DNA of 63,844 bases, counting the filler, from Octopus bimaculoides (Eukaryota), in NCBI RefSeq assembly GCF_001194135.2. It is 7 parts of 7 records of this genome, joined end to end, with 100 filler letters (N's around TTAATTAATTAA, not from the genome) between each part and the next. Parts side by side here need not be neighbours in the genome. Positions count along the whole stretch, not along the records: positions 1 to 21,075 come from NC_068997.1; 6 more parts are not named here. The stretch is one strand, 5' to 3'. The notes under the pieces were generated by a model. That model ran no database searches. It was not told the origin of the DNA and saw only the letters and a list, made by a program, of their open reading frames with translations. Every line of letters begins with the position of its first letter. The first letter of the stretch is position 1. Below are positions 1 through 12,325 of this stretch, piece after piece. Both the position numbers and the translations under genes were made by a program.

Positions 1-277
1 AAAACTTCTTTACAAGTACATATGTTTTAAAACATTTTATTGGGGCTATATGAACTGTTTTGTTAATGTCCTCCTGAGTCTGAGACGAAACCCAAACCTC
101 TGTGTCCGCATTGCTCTTATTTTCGACTTGCAGCTTCCATCGATTATTGATCCTTCCAGTTGTGAGTACCTCAACCGGAAAGTCCTTTCTTTTCCGCCGC
201 CTTTGATATGTCACGTGACATTGATACAACCTTACTTTAATCAATGTGTGAAAGAAACTTTATCTAGGAGTATTGTA

Positions 278-852
<575 letters not shown>

Positions 853-1392
853 GAGCCTGTATGAATCATGCATGTGCTAGAACCACCGCTCAGCCTACCT
901 AGAAAGGTATATGAAGAGGTTTTGCTCACGTAATCACGATTTGGCTTGGTGCCAAAGACATCCTATCTTGAATATTTCCTTGTGAATGATAAACTAATGT
1001 CGAGATTTTGCTGGAATCTCAACATGGCGGAAATGGCAGAAATAAGTGAGAGTAAACTAAGTGAAAAAAATCTGAGTCGTTGGAGAATATTTACAAAATG
1101 TCAGGCAATTTATTCGGAAGAATAAAGACTCGCAAAATTAAAAATGGTACCAGGTGACTACAGACTATTTTATCTGGTAGATTCACTGATCTACTACAAG
1201 ATAGCATAAAAGACTCACGGGCCTGTTAGACGCAATCCAATGTCAGGAAAAGGAAAAAAAAATGTTTAGTGCATTAAAGGACACGAGAGACTCAATTGCT
1301 CGGTTAGGAGCCGGGGTAATGTTTTGAGATTAAAAAAAAGAAATTGCGTCTTATTTGCTATCAAATACAGTAATAACAGAACAGATGAAAAA

Positions 1393-1525
1393 CACTAGCG
1401 TAGCACCAGGGGCGGCCCTTCCGTTTGCTGCCCCCAGACCCCATAAAAAACACATATTGTCTACAGCAGACCCAAAAGTACCGCCCCTACCGCCCCTACC
1501 GCCCCACCCCCTAGCCACGCTAGTG
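1393..1525. mobile_element. Small MITE-like element, possibly hAT-derived
   Basis: Terminal inverted repeats CACTAGCGTAGC ... GCCACGCTAGTG (1 mismatch in 12) around a GC-rich core with CCGCCCCTA repeats; no target-site duplication recognised. Confidence 0.5.
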
Positions 1526-1970
1526 ATTCAGAAGCCAACTTTTGATAAATATTTGAGCTGTGTGTAGTACCAGCTTAAGGGATAGGCTTTCTAGGTAGTT
1601 TCCCGGGGTCCTCACAGCCTTAGGAACCCAGTTCTGATCTATGTATTCTGTTGTGGATTTTGCTATTAATGATTAAATACTATAAAGTCCAGTTCGCTGA
1701 TTTGTCCCAGGGCCTCTGTGCTTCTAAGGCGGTCCTAGCTGTCTTCATTACTGTTTCTTTTCTGTTTATACCATAATCTTTGATTCTTTCAATCGTCTTG
1801 TTCTATGATGATTAAGAAAAAAACAAACAAACTAACCCTTACTTTATATATCAATTGAAACCTGAACATAATTCTCGGTCACACGAAACTTAATCAAAGT
1901 TCTTAGATTGGCATGTCTTTTATTCTCTGAATTCTTTCTCCGTAAATTTGTTGCCGGACCTCTCTCAGTT

Positions 1971-2010
<40 letters not shown>

Positions 2011-2063
2011 TCCACTCAACATTTATTCATCTTCAGGTTTCAAGGTTTTATCTAACTCAGGTA

Positions 2064-2094
<31 letters not shown>

Positions 2095-2481
2095 AAGAGA
2101 AATAGATAAAGACAGATAGAAACAGAGAAAGGAGGGGAGTGTGTGAGAGTGAAAATCGAGAAAGAATGAAGTACCCATTAAGTACTCGGTTCAATATAAT
2201 CAAACGTTCCCTGCCTCAGATTTGATTTTTCCTGACAATATCAGAAATCAATTTATACCGCGCAATCTTGCAATGTGTGTATTGTTTGGGGCCGTTGTAA
2301 GACTGCGGCCGATAACTTCAGATGTTTTCAGACTAATCTTACTTTCAGAAAGACCATTTTCGATATTAGATGCTTTCAGTCATTGACGATTAAAGAAATT
2401 TGTCACGGATAGAGTACACGTAGCGAAGTGGAAAAATTGTAAGAGCACCGGACGATATTACAGCGTTCTGTGTCCATAGCT

Positions 2482-2830
2482 GCAGACGTGGCTGTGTAGT
2501 TAAGACGCTCGCTTCGCAACCACGTAGCTTCAGGTTCAGTCCCATTGCGCGGTACCTTGGGCAAATATCTTTTACTATAGTCCCGGGGTCGATCAATGTC
2601 TTGTGTGAAGTGAATGAATTTGGTTGACGGGAACTATGTCGGTTAGCCCGTCGTGTATGTGTATGTTGTTGTGTGCGTCTTTGTGATGTATTCATTTCAC
2701 TCACGTCATTTGACAACCGATGTTGGTTTGATTACTTAGCGTGGACGTAATCAAACGATAGAATAAGTACCAGGGTCCGATTTATCCAACTAAACCCTTC
2801 AATGCGATGTCCTAACAAGTAAAAGATAAA
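2482..2830 (+). mobile_element. SINE family C (tRNA-like head, CORE-like ccttgggcaa motif, internal microsatellite), degraded
   Basis: Head gtggctgtg...ggttcagtccc, then ccttgggcaa; tail tgacaaccgatg...gataagtacc shared with other copies in the window. Confidence 0.75.
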
Positions 2831-3395
2831 CGATAAAGGAGGTTAAAGACATTCAGTACTCATTCTGGATTTCGATGTTCTGAGTTCGAACACGCCTGAG
2901 ATCAACGTTAATATCCTCCTTCTAAGGTAGGTACCAGCCAAGAGCAGTGGACAGGTGGTTTCATTTAAGCATTGGATAGGATACTTTGTGGTATTTAGTC
3001 CTCTCTTTACGTCCTAAGTTCAAATCCCACCGTGATGCACATGATTGGTACACTCAATCCGTCGCTCATGTGACCACCACCACGTAGTTCTGGAATATCT
3101 TAAGTGGAGTCCACTGTGCAAGTATTCAAATTGGGTCTCCAGTTTGAAGATATCTTCCTCTCTCCATACCATCGGTTTCAGAGGTCCTATAAATGGTTGC
3201 AACCATCACCCTACCTCCACATTTTTTGGTTAAGTGAAATAAAAAGAGTCATCGTTGGAATACCATTGCTGAAATCTTAAAATGGCAGACCAGCAAGCGA
3301 TAGATGTCAAAAAGTCACACAAATCAACCAAGCCAATCTTGAAAATTACTTTAGAATTGAAGGCATATAAAGCCAATGAATAGTCGAAGACTTAC

Positions 3396-3629
3396 CTCTG
3401 AAAATCCATTCTGTTCTGATTGATTATTTGATCTGCGCACACTCCAAGAATTTCTGCCGAATCCCAAAAGGTCATCAATAGGAACCATGCCAAAGTGTTG
3501 GTTGAACAACCTATTGAACGGTGGAAAGTCTGACCAAGGATTATTCCACATGTTGTAAAAAGGGAAGCTGCTGCTGTAGAAGGGCTTGAATATCGGTATA
3601 TTTCTTTGGGTGGACATGTTTCTTTCCAT
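3396..3629 (-). CDS. Small heat-shock protein (HSP20/alpha-crystallin family, HSPB1-like), first coding exon, 78 codons; the alpha-crystallin domain exon(s) are not found in the window
   Basis: ORF MERNMSTQRNIPIF...WNNPWSDFPPFNRLFNQHFGM...QNGFSE resembles the sHSP N-terminal (W)DPF...SRLFDQxFG motif. Good start context (aagATGG). Ends at a strong donor GAG|GTAAGT (cttac at 3391-3395 on +), phase 0, where the alpha-crystallin domain normally begins. Confidence 0.8.
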
Positions 3630-3863
3630 CTTCTTATCGTTCTGGCTTTGTAGCTTTTTTTGTTTGTTTTCTTTTCTCCCCTTTCTTTAGTTCTTTCTCG
3701 CGTGCGTTCCTCTTCTGCCTCTCTTTACTTTCCTTGATTTCGCGAAGCTCTTACTTTTGAATAAGATTAATTAATCCTAATCCTTAAATTGAAATATTAA
3801 CTTGAGAATCTTAAGCTAATTATTGAGTAAACGATTACTGATTGGATGGACAAAGGTGTGCAT

Positions 3864-3901
3864 GAAGTGATTCTCGGCACCCTGGCTGCTTCCTATTTAT
3901 A
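3864..3901 (-). promoter_or_regulatory. Putative core promoter of the sHSP gene (TATA box plus initiator)
   Basis: TATAAATA on the minus strand (3894-3901) and YYANWYY-type TCACTTC (3864-3870) about 33 nt downstream, followed by a ~240-nt purine/A-rich leader to the ATG at 3629. Confidence 0.45.
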
Positions 3902-3956
3902 CAAGAATGGACAAAAATGCGCCAGTGTGTATCTAGAAGTGTGTGATTACACCCGA

Positions 3957-3959
<3 letters not shown>

Positions 3960-3997
<38 letters not shown>

Positions 3998-4245
3998 GAC
4001 AAACATACATATGCATATATATGTGTGTGCGTGTGTATATGCATATATGTATATGTATATATATCTATATATATATATACATATACATACATACATACAT
4101 ACATAGATACATACATATATTTATATTTATATACGTGTATGCATACGCATACACACATAGATGCATATATAAATACACACACACACACACACATATATAT
4201 ATTGTAATTTATTTATACATATGTATCTATGAATTAGAATATGTA

Positions 4246-4284
<39 letters not shown>

Positions 4285-4726
4285 GTGTATATGTATATAC
4301 ATATATATATATGTGTGTATATATATGTGTGTGTGTACGTGTGTGCGTATACTAATACGCACACATATACATTCACTGGCAGCCACAAACATGTACACAT
4401 GCAAAAGCTACTTTCTTTCTTTCTTTCTTTCTTTCTCTTTCCCCCTCTCTCTCTTTCTTTCTCTCTCCCTTTCTGTCTCTTTCTTTGCCTTTCTCTCATA
4501 AACACACTCCAACCTAGTGCTTTTGTTTCGGACGTGAAACATCCACCTTACATCTACATCTACATATGCACACAAATTCTCATACACAGATGTGCGCAAT
4601 CGCATTTACATAAACGTGCACGCACGCACACACACACACACACACACACACCCACATGCATACACACTCACAAACACACGCACACGCTCGCAAACGCGCG
4701 CGCACACACACACGCATACACGCACA

Positions 4727-4762
<36 letters not shown>

Positions 4763-4770
4763 ATTGAAGC
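3960..4770. repeat. Compound CA/TA/CT/CTTT microsatellite block upstream of the sHSP promoter
   Basis: Direct reading. Confidence 0.95.
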
Positions 4771-5083
4771 GCCGTTGTGCTGAGTAAAGTGAACTCGGTT
4801 TCGGAATTCTGCAGCCGGCCGCTACCTTTAATTTCTACCTAGCGTTGCTGTGCCAGACACCAAACATCTATTTTACACTGAACCTAGCCGGGTCATCAAA
4901 GTTTAATGACGTACAGCACAGTTAATTAGCTAGCACATTTAGGGTGATGCTTGATGCCAACGGACATGAATCACAAGTCTGCTTAAAAGCAACTTATCAC
5001 CAGAGAATTAGCTGACCTGACCTGACATGGTCTGAGAAGATCAGAGTAAAAAAGCAGACCGGATCAAACATGACTAAAAGAAA

Positions 5084-5355
5084 CTGGCACTGCGTCGGTT
5101 ACGACGACGAGCGATCCATTTGCTCCGTTCAACAGGACAGCCTACTCGTGAAATTAACGTGTAAGTGGCTGAGTACTCCACAGGCATGTCTACCCTTAAC
5201 GTAGTGCTCTGGGAGATTTAGAGTGACACAGAATGCCAGCTGAGAAGATTGGAGAAACATGAAAATAAATTTACTTGCTCGAGGACACAATGCGCCGCTG
5301 GATACCGAGCTCACGACCTTACAATGTTGAGCCGAATGCTCTTGGCCACACGCCT
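5084..5355 (-). mobile_element. SINE family B (tRNA head, CORE-like tgtgtcct...gcaag; octopus OR-like)
   Basis: Shares the ggcactccgtcggttacgacgacgag...ctcgtgaaattaacgtg tail with the copies at 48.1, 55.2, 57.5 and 61.2 kb. Confidence 0.8.
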
Positions 5356-5466
5356 TCCCTACAGAGAGCAACTAGAACAAAGCAGAGCATAATTGCAGGG
5401 CGATGGTGGTGATAAATACTAGAACAATCATAGTAGACAGACATAATTTTAATGTGACATTTATTA

Positions 5467-5678
5467 TTTTCTACTCTAGGCACAAGGCCGAAATTTTGGA
5501 GGAAGAGGCCAGTCGATTAGATCAAGCTCAGTACGCAACTGGTACTTAATTTATCGACCTCGAAAGGATGAAAGGTAAAGTCGACCTCGGCGGAATTTGA
5601 ACTCAGAGCGTAAAGACAGACGAAATACCACTAAGCATTTCGCCCGGCGTGCAAACGTTTCTGCCAGCTCGCCGCCTT
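5467..5678 (-). mobile_element. SINE family A (tRNA head, gtcgactttgcctttcatcc central domain)
   Basis: Near-identical motifs to the copies at 11.8, 14.7, 17.5 and 51 kb (gagttcaaattccgccgaggtcgac; gataaattaagtaccag). Confidence 0.85.
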
Positions 5679-5891
5679 TAAATATTCGTTTTTACTCTAG
5701 GTTTGTATAGTTTGTATAGCTTGCGCTGTACTATCCTGGAATCACTCAGGGTCACAATAAACATAGCTGCTCTTTGAGAAAAAAAAATGAGACAGAACAG
5801 GGAAAAAAATATGAAACGATAAAAGAAAGTTTGAAGAAGGAAAATAAATTTTCCGTCATTTTTGTTTATTAGGATGGAAATGGACAATAGT

Positions 5892-8112
5892 TGGTGGTGG
5901 CCAATCCGATGGGAAAATTTAAAGATTGTAAAACTGTATGACTAATCCAGAGAGGGTGGTGTTCTCCAGTTCAGTAGTAGAAACCTATCGAAATGCTCTC
6001 ATTTTGTGAAAATCTCCGATCTCGAGCTTAGTAGGTTGGTGGACGTGGGCTTAGATTTAAAAAGTATATAAGTTCTTTTAACAAAACAAAACCTGCACGC
6101 CCTCGATCTCTTAATATATGGCGTAGATCTTTCAAGGATGCTCCATTTGAGGGTGTGTAAGATATTTCTTAAACATTCAGTTGTTGGCATTTCAATTCAG
6201 AGCTTTATAACATCACATCCATGAGTACAGCATGAGTACAGCTGTCCACAATTTACAGAATTCTCGACCGGAATTATGCTTAGGGGTAAAATGTACAAGA
6301 TCTATATCTCAGCCGGTTGTGTATGGAGGGAATATCAAAATCTTGGGAAAGGAACATGTGATGTTACTCATGGCCATTTTTCAAGAAGGGGACAATAATG
6401 GGATCACGAAATGCAAAATACATATATCACGGTACACGCAATGATTTTTCTTTAAATCATGGAATCAGTAATCAAAGAATTATTTGCTTAAGACTTGACT
6501 CAGGCTTAAACTTCACATTAAGTTTGAATGAAACAAAGGTCATTTCGAAAATTGAACTGCTTTTAGACGTTCTGCACCGCATGTTTGAGAATATTATTTA
6601 TGAGGAATTGTTTGGATATTGAATAGCTTCTGAATTTAACATTGAATCACTTTCTGCAGCTTATGCCTTCGGTGTTGAACTCTATTAGTGTTGACAAATA
6701 GTTATGTGTTCCCTTATATTATGATGGTGCCTTGGTCATGAGCGGAGGAATCGCTGGTTTTCAAGCGAAATTGCTTGTCGCAGCCCCATTTGCAACTTGT
6801 GTCAGCTTCCACCAACTGAACCTAGCTGTGTGTAACTCCTTAACAAAAATGAAAAGGCTATCGGGGAATTTTTCGTCAGACAGCAGTAACTTTACCTGTT
6901 TATGGATCGATTCAGAGTGCATCAGTACAACAAGTACTTACAGGATGAAAAACGAAGACAACCAGCAGAGCTGAAAGTATTGTCCAATACACGATGGGTC
7001 TGTCAGGAGGTACCGTGCTATGCTGTTCATTATGAGCTTTCATATATTATGGACATTCTCTCTAATTTCAGTGAGTTTATCAAGTCATGGGAGGGCAAAT
7101 TAAAGATAAATGTTTCTATTACGTTCGTCTATGAAAGTTTGTGCTCTCGTCTTCTCAAAACAAGTTTTAATACGAATCGAGTCTTTAGCAAAGATATTAC
7201 AAATTTTCACTGCTGTGACTACAGAAACAGAACTGATATCCATTTGCATTAAACACCTTGATGTCAAACGAAACTAACGTTTTGTGGCCTCCAATTAAAT
7301 AACACATCAGTGAAGTTATTAAGGTCAACCCGCTGATTCGAGAGCAACCTAAACTTCCACATTTGGAGGTCTCTATATGGCCAATTTTCACCGTGAGACC
7401 GTAATTCCTATATTGAACCAGGTTTGCTTAGAGCTCCAAAACTAATTTTCGGCATAAAATAGTGATATCATGATAAACCTCTCTTATCTTAATCCCTAAG
7501 TACCCCAGTTTCTGAATATTTTTTGTCTTAAATTCATAGCAGATACATTTCAACTGAACTTGGTCAACCTGATGTTAGAATTTGACTGTGCAAAGCGTCT
7601 CATCGGGTGGAAGTGACACATTTTGATCTCATTGACCGATTTACTTGAGTTTTTGGATCTCTCTATGGATTCCTCGTTTGAACTGACCGAACTGCTTCAA
7701 GAAGATGTAACACTGCCTGTAAGTACACGGCAGGCTATGAATGAATACTTTCTCAAGCTGTGGATGAACAAGTCTTATCTGAAACCGGACAATTTACGCC
7801 CAATTATTATGAATAGATGATGTACCGAAAACCTGAATCTTGAAGACGCCCTCCTTCGTTTTGCGACACAACACCGAAAAGAGAATTGCTTTCCTGTAGT
7901 TTGTATTTTCATAACTTATAAGTGACGGTGCCATCTTTCATGTAACTTTTTATTTATTTGTGACATTTCAATCACATTGAGAAATTGACTTTAAATTTCA
8001 TTTATTAAATCAAAATTCAAATTATTATTCATATAAAATTTTTGTCTGTGCTGAGAGATTTTTAAAAGATTAAACCTGCCTGGACTACCACAAAACGATT
8101 GGGTCACCACTG
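5892..8112 (+). mobile_element. Degraded hAT transposon (ZMYM1-like transposase relic, about 6350-7880)
   Basis: Frameshifted motifs YDGALVMSG..GFQAK, HQLNL, LKVLSNTRW and C-terminal dimerisation-like TLPVST. Right end ...gggtcaccactg (8112) and a degenerate left counterpart near 5892-5906. Confidence 0.75.
5945..6200 (-). mobile_element. Penelope-like element fragment (GIY-YIG endonuclease C-terminus)
   Basis: LKWSILERSTPY..SRACRFC...ILF....LLSSRSEIFTK matches the PLE endonuclease tail pattern KWxILxxAxPYxxGSKxCxLC...LLNKRSE. Confidence 0.7.
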
Positions 8113-10551
8113 CTCCAAAACATTAATCCTCTGAAATTCAATCCCTGATCACATTTTCCCTACAGATGTCAACACACAAATCTTCAAACTAGACATTAAC
8201 AGTATCGATCTTACCAATCCATAAAGTCTTGCAAACGCCATGTCCACCTCCATCTCCCCGCTTCACTAAACTATAAAAAAAATAACCCAATAATCTAAAA
8301 CTTAACCAATGAAAACAAAACTAACAATTTTACGAAATGTATGGTCAGTAATGCAACTCATTTTGTCACTGCTATGCATAACCCTCCAGTAATCAGAAAG
8401 AACTCACGGAGTTGCTGTATTTGCGAACGAATCTCTATTGAATTTCGCTTTCCGTGTTACTGATTTCGGATTTTCGTTTAACCTGTACCGACGTTATATT
8501 CAAAGAAGCTGTTGAAACGCAAACTTTCGTCTAAAGAGAAAAAGAAACGATTTGTACTTTAATTTGACTTTGTGATTCTTGCTTTGATCAAAATAGTTTA
8601 GACTTGTCAGCTTAAATAATTTCTGAGAGAGCAGAGCTGAAACCCAAATTAAAACTCGTGGTGCCTCAGGTTTTTGGTGCTTTCGTACGTTGGAATGGAC
8701 GTACAAAAATTCTCGTAAACTGTTTGCCTTATTCTTCAGAAAAGTTTTCGATGTTACCTAGATTATTTGTTTAGTTTGAATTGCAAATTCTTTCACTTCT
8801 CAAAAGAAATCTGTCAAACACAGTTTTATTTGATATATTATTTAGATGCGGGAGCGTTAAAAATTCGATTTAATTGCTTACAGTATTTAGATCAGACCTG
8901 TTATGTTATGAGACCAAATGCTGTCCAGGTCAACTTTCTGTTTCATTTGCAGCAGGAGTATATTGAAATCTCATTAACGATTTCGTCTTTGGCACCTTTT
9001 CTTTATAGACATTAGCTATATATAGATGTTGTACCTGCTAGCTAGTCTCAGTAATTGTGAAAGTGCGTAAGCCAGCCTTCTGTTGAAATTTTCGCCATTC
9101 AATTTCAACTGTAGAATGTGACCACTTCAATCCATTCAACGAAGGCTAACATCATTACTGACACAACTAGTATGACCTGCTTCACTTGGTGTAAATGTCT
9201 TCTGTCTTCGACCGTCGCAACGACAACAACTTCGCTTTTTCTTTTTTATAAATGATAATAATATTTTGTATTTGGACTTCTTTTCTTCCATCTATGAACC
9301 AAACAAAAAATTGTTTGATTGGTATTGGTGTAAATTAAATATTCTAATTAATTTTTCTACGTGTGAATTGGTTTATAACAGATAATTAATTCAAAATCAA
9401 AAAACGTCAGCAACAAAAATAAATTAACAAAAGAATTATCTGAATTAAATTGATTTTATTCACAAAGAAACACACACATTTTATCTTATATAATTGCGAT
9501 ATATTAATAAATATGATCCGTTGAATTCTTGCTCACATTTCACTGATAAGTAGATGATTTTGGGGTGAATTCCATTAAAGTTAACTTTGTTCCTTTAGAA
9601 GGCACCAATTATCACTATATGAAAAGGCGATACATTGAGAAGATATCAAGCATATACGTGAACAATCAAAAACTGAGTGAGCTTTCTTGTAGACCTTGGT
9701 TACAAGGTTGTTAAATGTATTTCGCTTAAATGTAAAAGTTGAAAAAGCTGTCAAATCATTAATTTCTTTTTCTGTAACAGACAAAAAAAAAAAAAGAAAA
9801 AAAAAAAGAAGTAAAGTGAAAACACAAGAATTATAAGAAAATAAAGTAAATTATTGCTCTAGACTGATGAGGTAAAAGGTGAATGAATATAGTCGACCTG
9901 TTAATTATCGACATTACTATCTCCTTTTATCAGGATGGCAAGATTAATGTTATTCTGTTCATTTTGGACATCCTTAGCTTAGTGCGAAAGGAAGGATTGG
10001 GAATAATAACTGATGCGGGATTTGGCTGGTGAAATAGCATGTATGACGAAAGAAGTAGAAGGGGTATGTAGCTGATGATCTCGGAGGTAGAGAGGTTCTC
10101 GTATTACCAGCAAGATGTATTGGGGTATTTCTGAGCAGTTTGGCAATGAAGTGTGTTGAGATTTTTAATGGTAACCAGGATTAATATGAATCCATCTGCC
10201 AGATTTTGAATGTATTTGTGGATCATTTGCAAGGTTATTAAATATTAATTCACTACTAATCTATGAATCAAAACTCTAAGTAGCAGGAATCAAGCGATGA
10301 GGAAGAAAGAGATACTTATTAATTTCTTCATTTTTTTTGTGGCAAGAACTAGAGATCAATGAATTAAAAATGAGGAACAAAAAAACAGAAATAAAGAACA
10401 CAATAAATAAACAATTAAAAAACGGTCTTACTGTCAACGAAATAATAAGAGTCGAGAACTCTTACACCACAACCGACGGAGTTAATCTTCTCCAGTGTAT
10501 GTGACTGTCTGAAATCATTCCAAAGTTCTGAAATGGAATTAAAATAAAATA

Positions 10552-10800
10552 CGAGGAGTGTTCATTTAAGATTTCCTCTGACCCACTTCCAGTTATTGCA
10601 GTTACATATAATCATGTCACATTGTAAATTGCAGCTTTCCACTAGTATTCGTTTGTCTTTTACAGCTGCGTAAAGCGATTGGAGAATTATGACACAACTG
10701 GTGATGGCTATGTAGAGAAGGAGTAAATAATTATGCCAAGTTTCGTTTATTTCAGTCTTTGGGAAGTGGGTTAGGGGAAATCTTTAATGAACACCCTTTG
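10552..10800. mobile_element. Tc1/mariner-type MITE
   Basis: About 39-bp TIRs (cgaggagtgttcatttaagatttcctctgacccacttcc / ggaagtgggttaggggaaatctttaatgaacaccctttg); TA before the left end. Confidence 0.8.
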
Positions 10801-11751
10801 CTGTTTCCTATTTCTTTGGTGGATTTAATATCTTTCATGATTTCTTTAATGTTAATCAAGAAATCCTCATCTCTTTAATACAATCGACTTCCCTATTTAT
10901 ATAAGATGATTTTACATGAGAAATCATTACTTCTTTAATATATGTTGAGTTTTATTTACTATCAGTTATTTCTAGTATTCACACGAGGCCTCATTTATGA
11001 AGGGAGGGGACAGACGTTTATAAAGATTCCAGCTACTTTCGTAATGTACTTCAAACATTTCTTTATATGTATAACGGGAAAAAATGTAACGGGAAAGGCG
11101 TAACAGGCACGATGTAGCAAGTTGTTTGTAACACGTAGAGACGTGACAAGTTGGCGAAAGACTGTGCATTGCTTAGATAATATCTCTGGATGCACTGCAA
11201 AGAACTGCTGAAAGGTATTTCACACTTGCTGTAGATTTTACTTACGTGGTTATGCAACTGCAACGCATTGGAAGTAAACACAAAATTTAGTTAGATTTGA
11301 TGGATAATCTATTACCATGGTAGTTGTTAATAGTGAACCACAACTGCGTGCAAGGAGGAGGATAAATGAGGCAAAGCTCGCGAGAAGGTGCCATAGTTAG
11401 CTGTTAGGAAGTTGCAGAGGAAAGAGAATATTTTTCTCTTGGAATCTCGTATTTATTGCAGTGCTGAAGTTAAGTGAGATCATTGACAATAGACCGGAAT
11501 GGGTTAACATGATTAAACTCTGTCTCGTCTAAAATGGTGGCGAATTAATTAAAACGAATGAATTTTAAACACAAAATGCGAGAACAAGCGTGAAGACCGA
11601 GGTTTCGATTCTTGGTAAGGAGTCCGGTTTATATGTCTTACAAATACAATTAGTCCGCATTGGATTAAGAAAAAATGATTTTTCTTCTGAAACAGCTCGG
11701 AGAAGCGTGTAGAATAGATCGAAATTAATTTTAATATGTTGTCTGCAATGT

Positions 11752-11968
11752 TAAAACGGCGGACTGGCCGAATTGTTAGCACGCTGGACAAAATGCTTAC
11801 TAGCATTTCGACCGTCATTACGTTCCGAGTTCGAATTCCGTCGAGGTCGACTTTGTCTTTCATTCTCTCGGGGTCGGTAAAACAGGTAACAGTTGAACAC
11901 CGAGGCCGATGTAATCTGTTAACCCCACCCCTGAAATTGCTGGCTTTGTGCCAAACTTTGAAACCAAT
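11752..11968 (+). mobile_element. SINE family A
   Basis: ggcggactggc...gagttcgaattccgtcgaggtcgactttgtctttcat. Confidence 0.8.
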
Positions 11969-12291
11969 GCGTTGCATGTAATGTATAGCATAGAAAAAAA
12001 CCCAGAGGATTCATTTTCATGATTTTTATTTAAAGAGGGTGTGGAGGGGAGAGAGAGCATGTAGATTGTGTTATTAGTTATGTCTATGTTAATTTCTTTT
12101 TTAAAACTTAATCAAACGAGAAGGATTAATAATTATGACAGATTGTAGGACTTTCGAGAAGAAAGTATGAGACGCCGGTTACCGTTAATGGCACGTGAGA
12201 TTTCCTGGAAGTTTGTGGCTTCAGCGGATTTCTCGAGTTCTTGTGCTTGCTGGTGCATCAGCCGCAAACTATGTATGTGTATATGTGAGAG

Positions 12292-12325
<34 letters not shown>

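Noticed and set aside
2330-2410. Minus-strand FFNRQ*...ENGLSE followed by AGTAAG, faintly echoing the end of sHSP exon 1
   Set aside because: Very short match with an in-frame stop and the wrong phase; most likely chance.
2482-2560. tRNA-like A/B boxes here and in other SINE heads as tRNA genes
   Set aside because: No complete cloverleaf; they continue directly into SINE bodies.
3735-3945. Heat-shock elements at the sHSP promoter
   Set aside because: Only two-unit or mismatched nGAAn pairs are present; no three-unit HSE.
9864-9885. CTGATGA resembling a hammerhead core
   Set aside because: No helix II and no GAAA in the required position.
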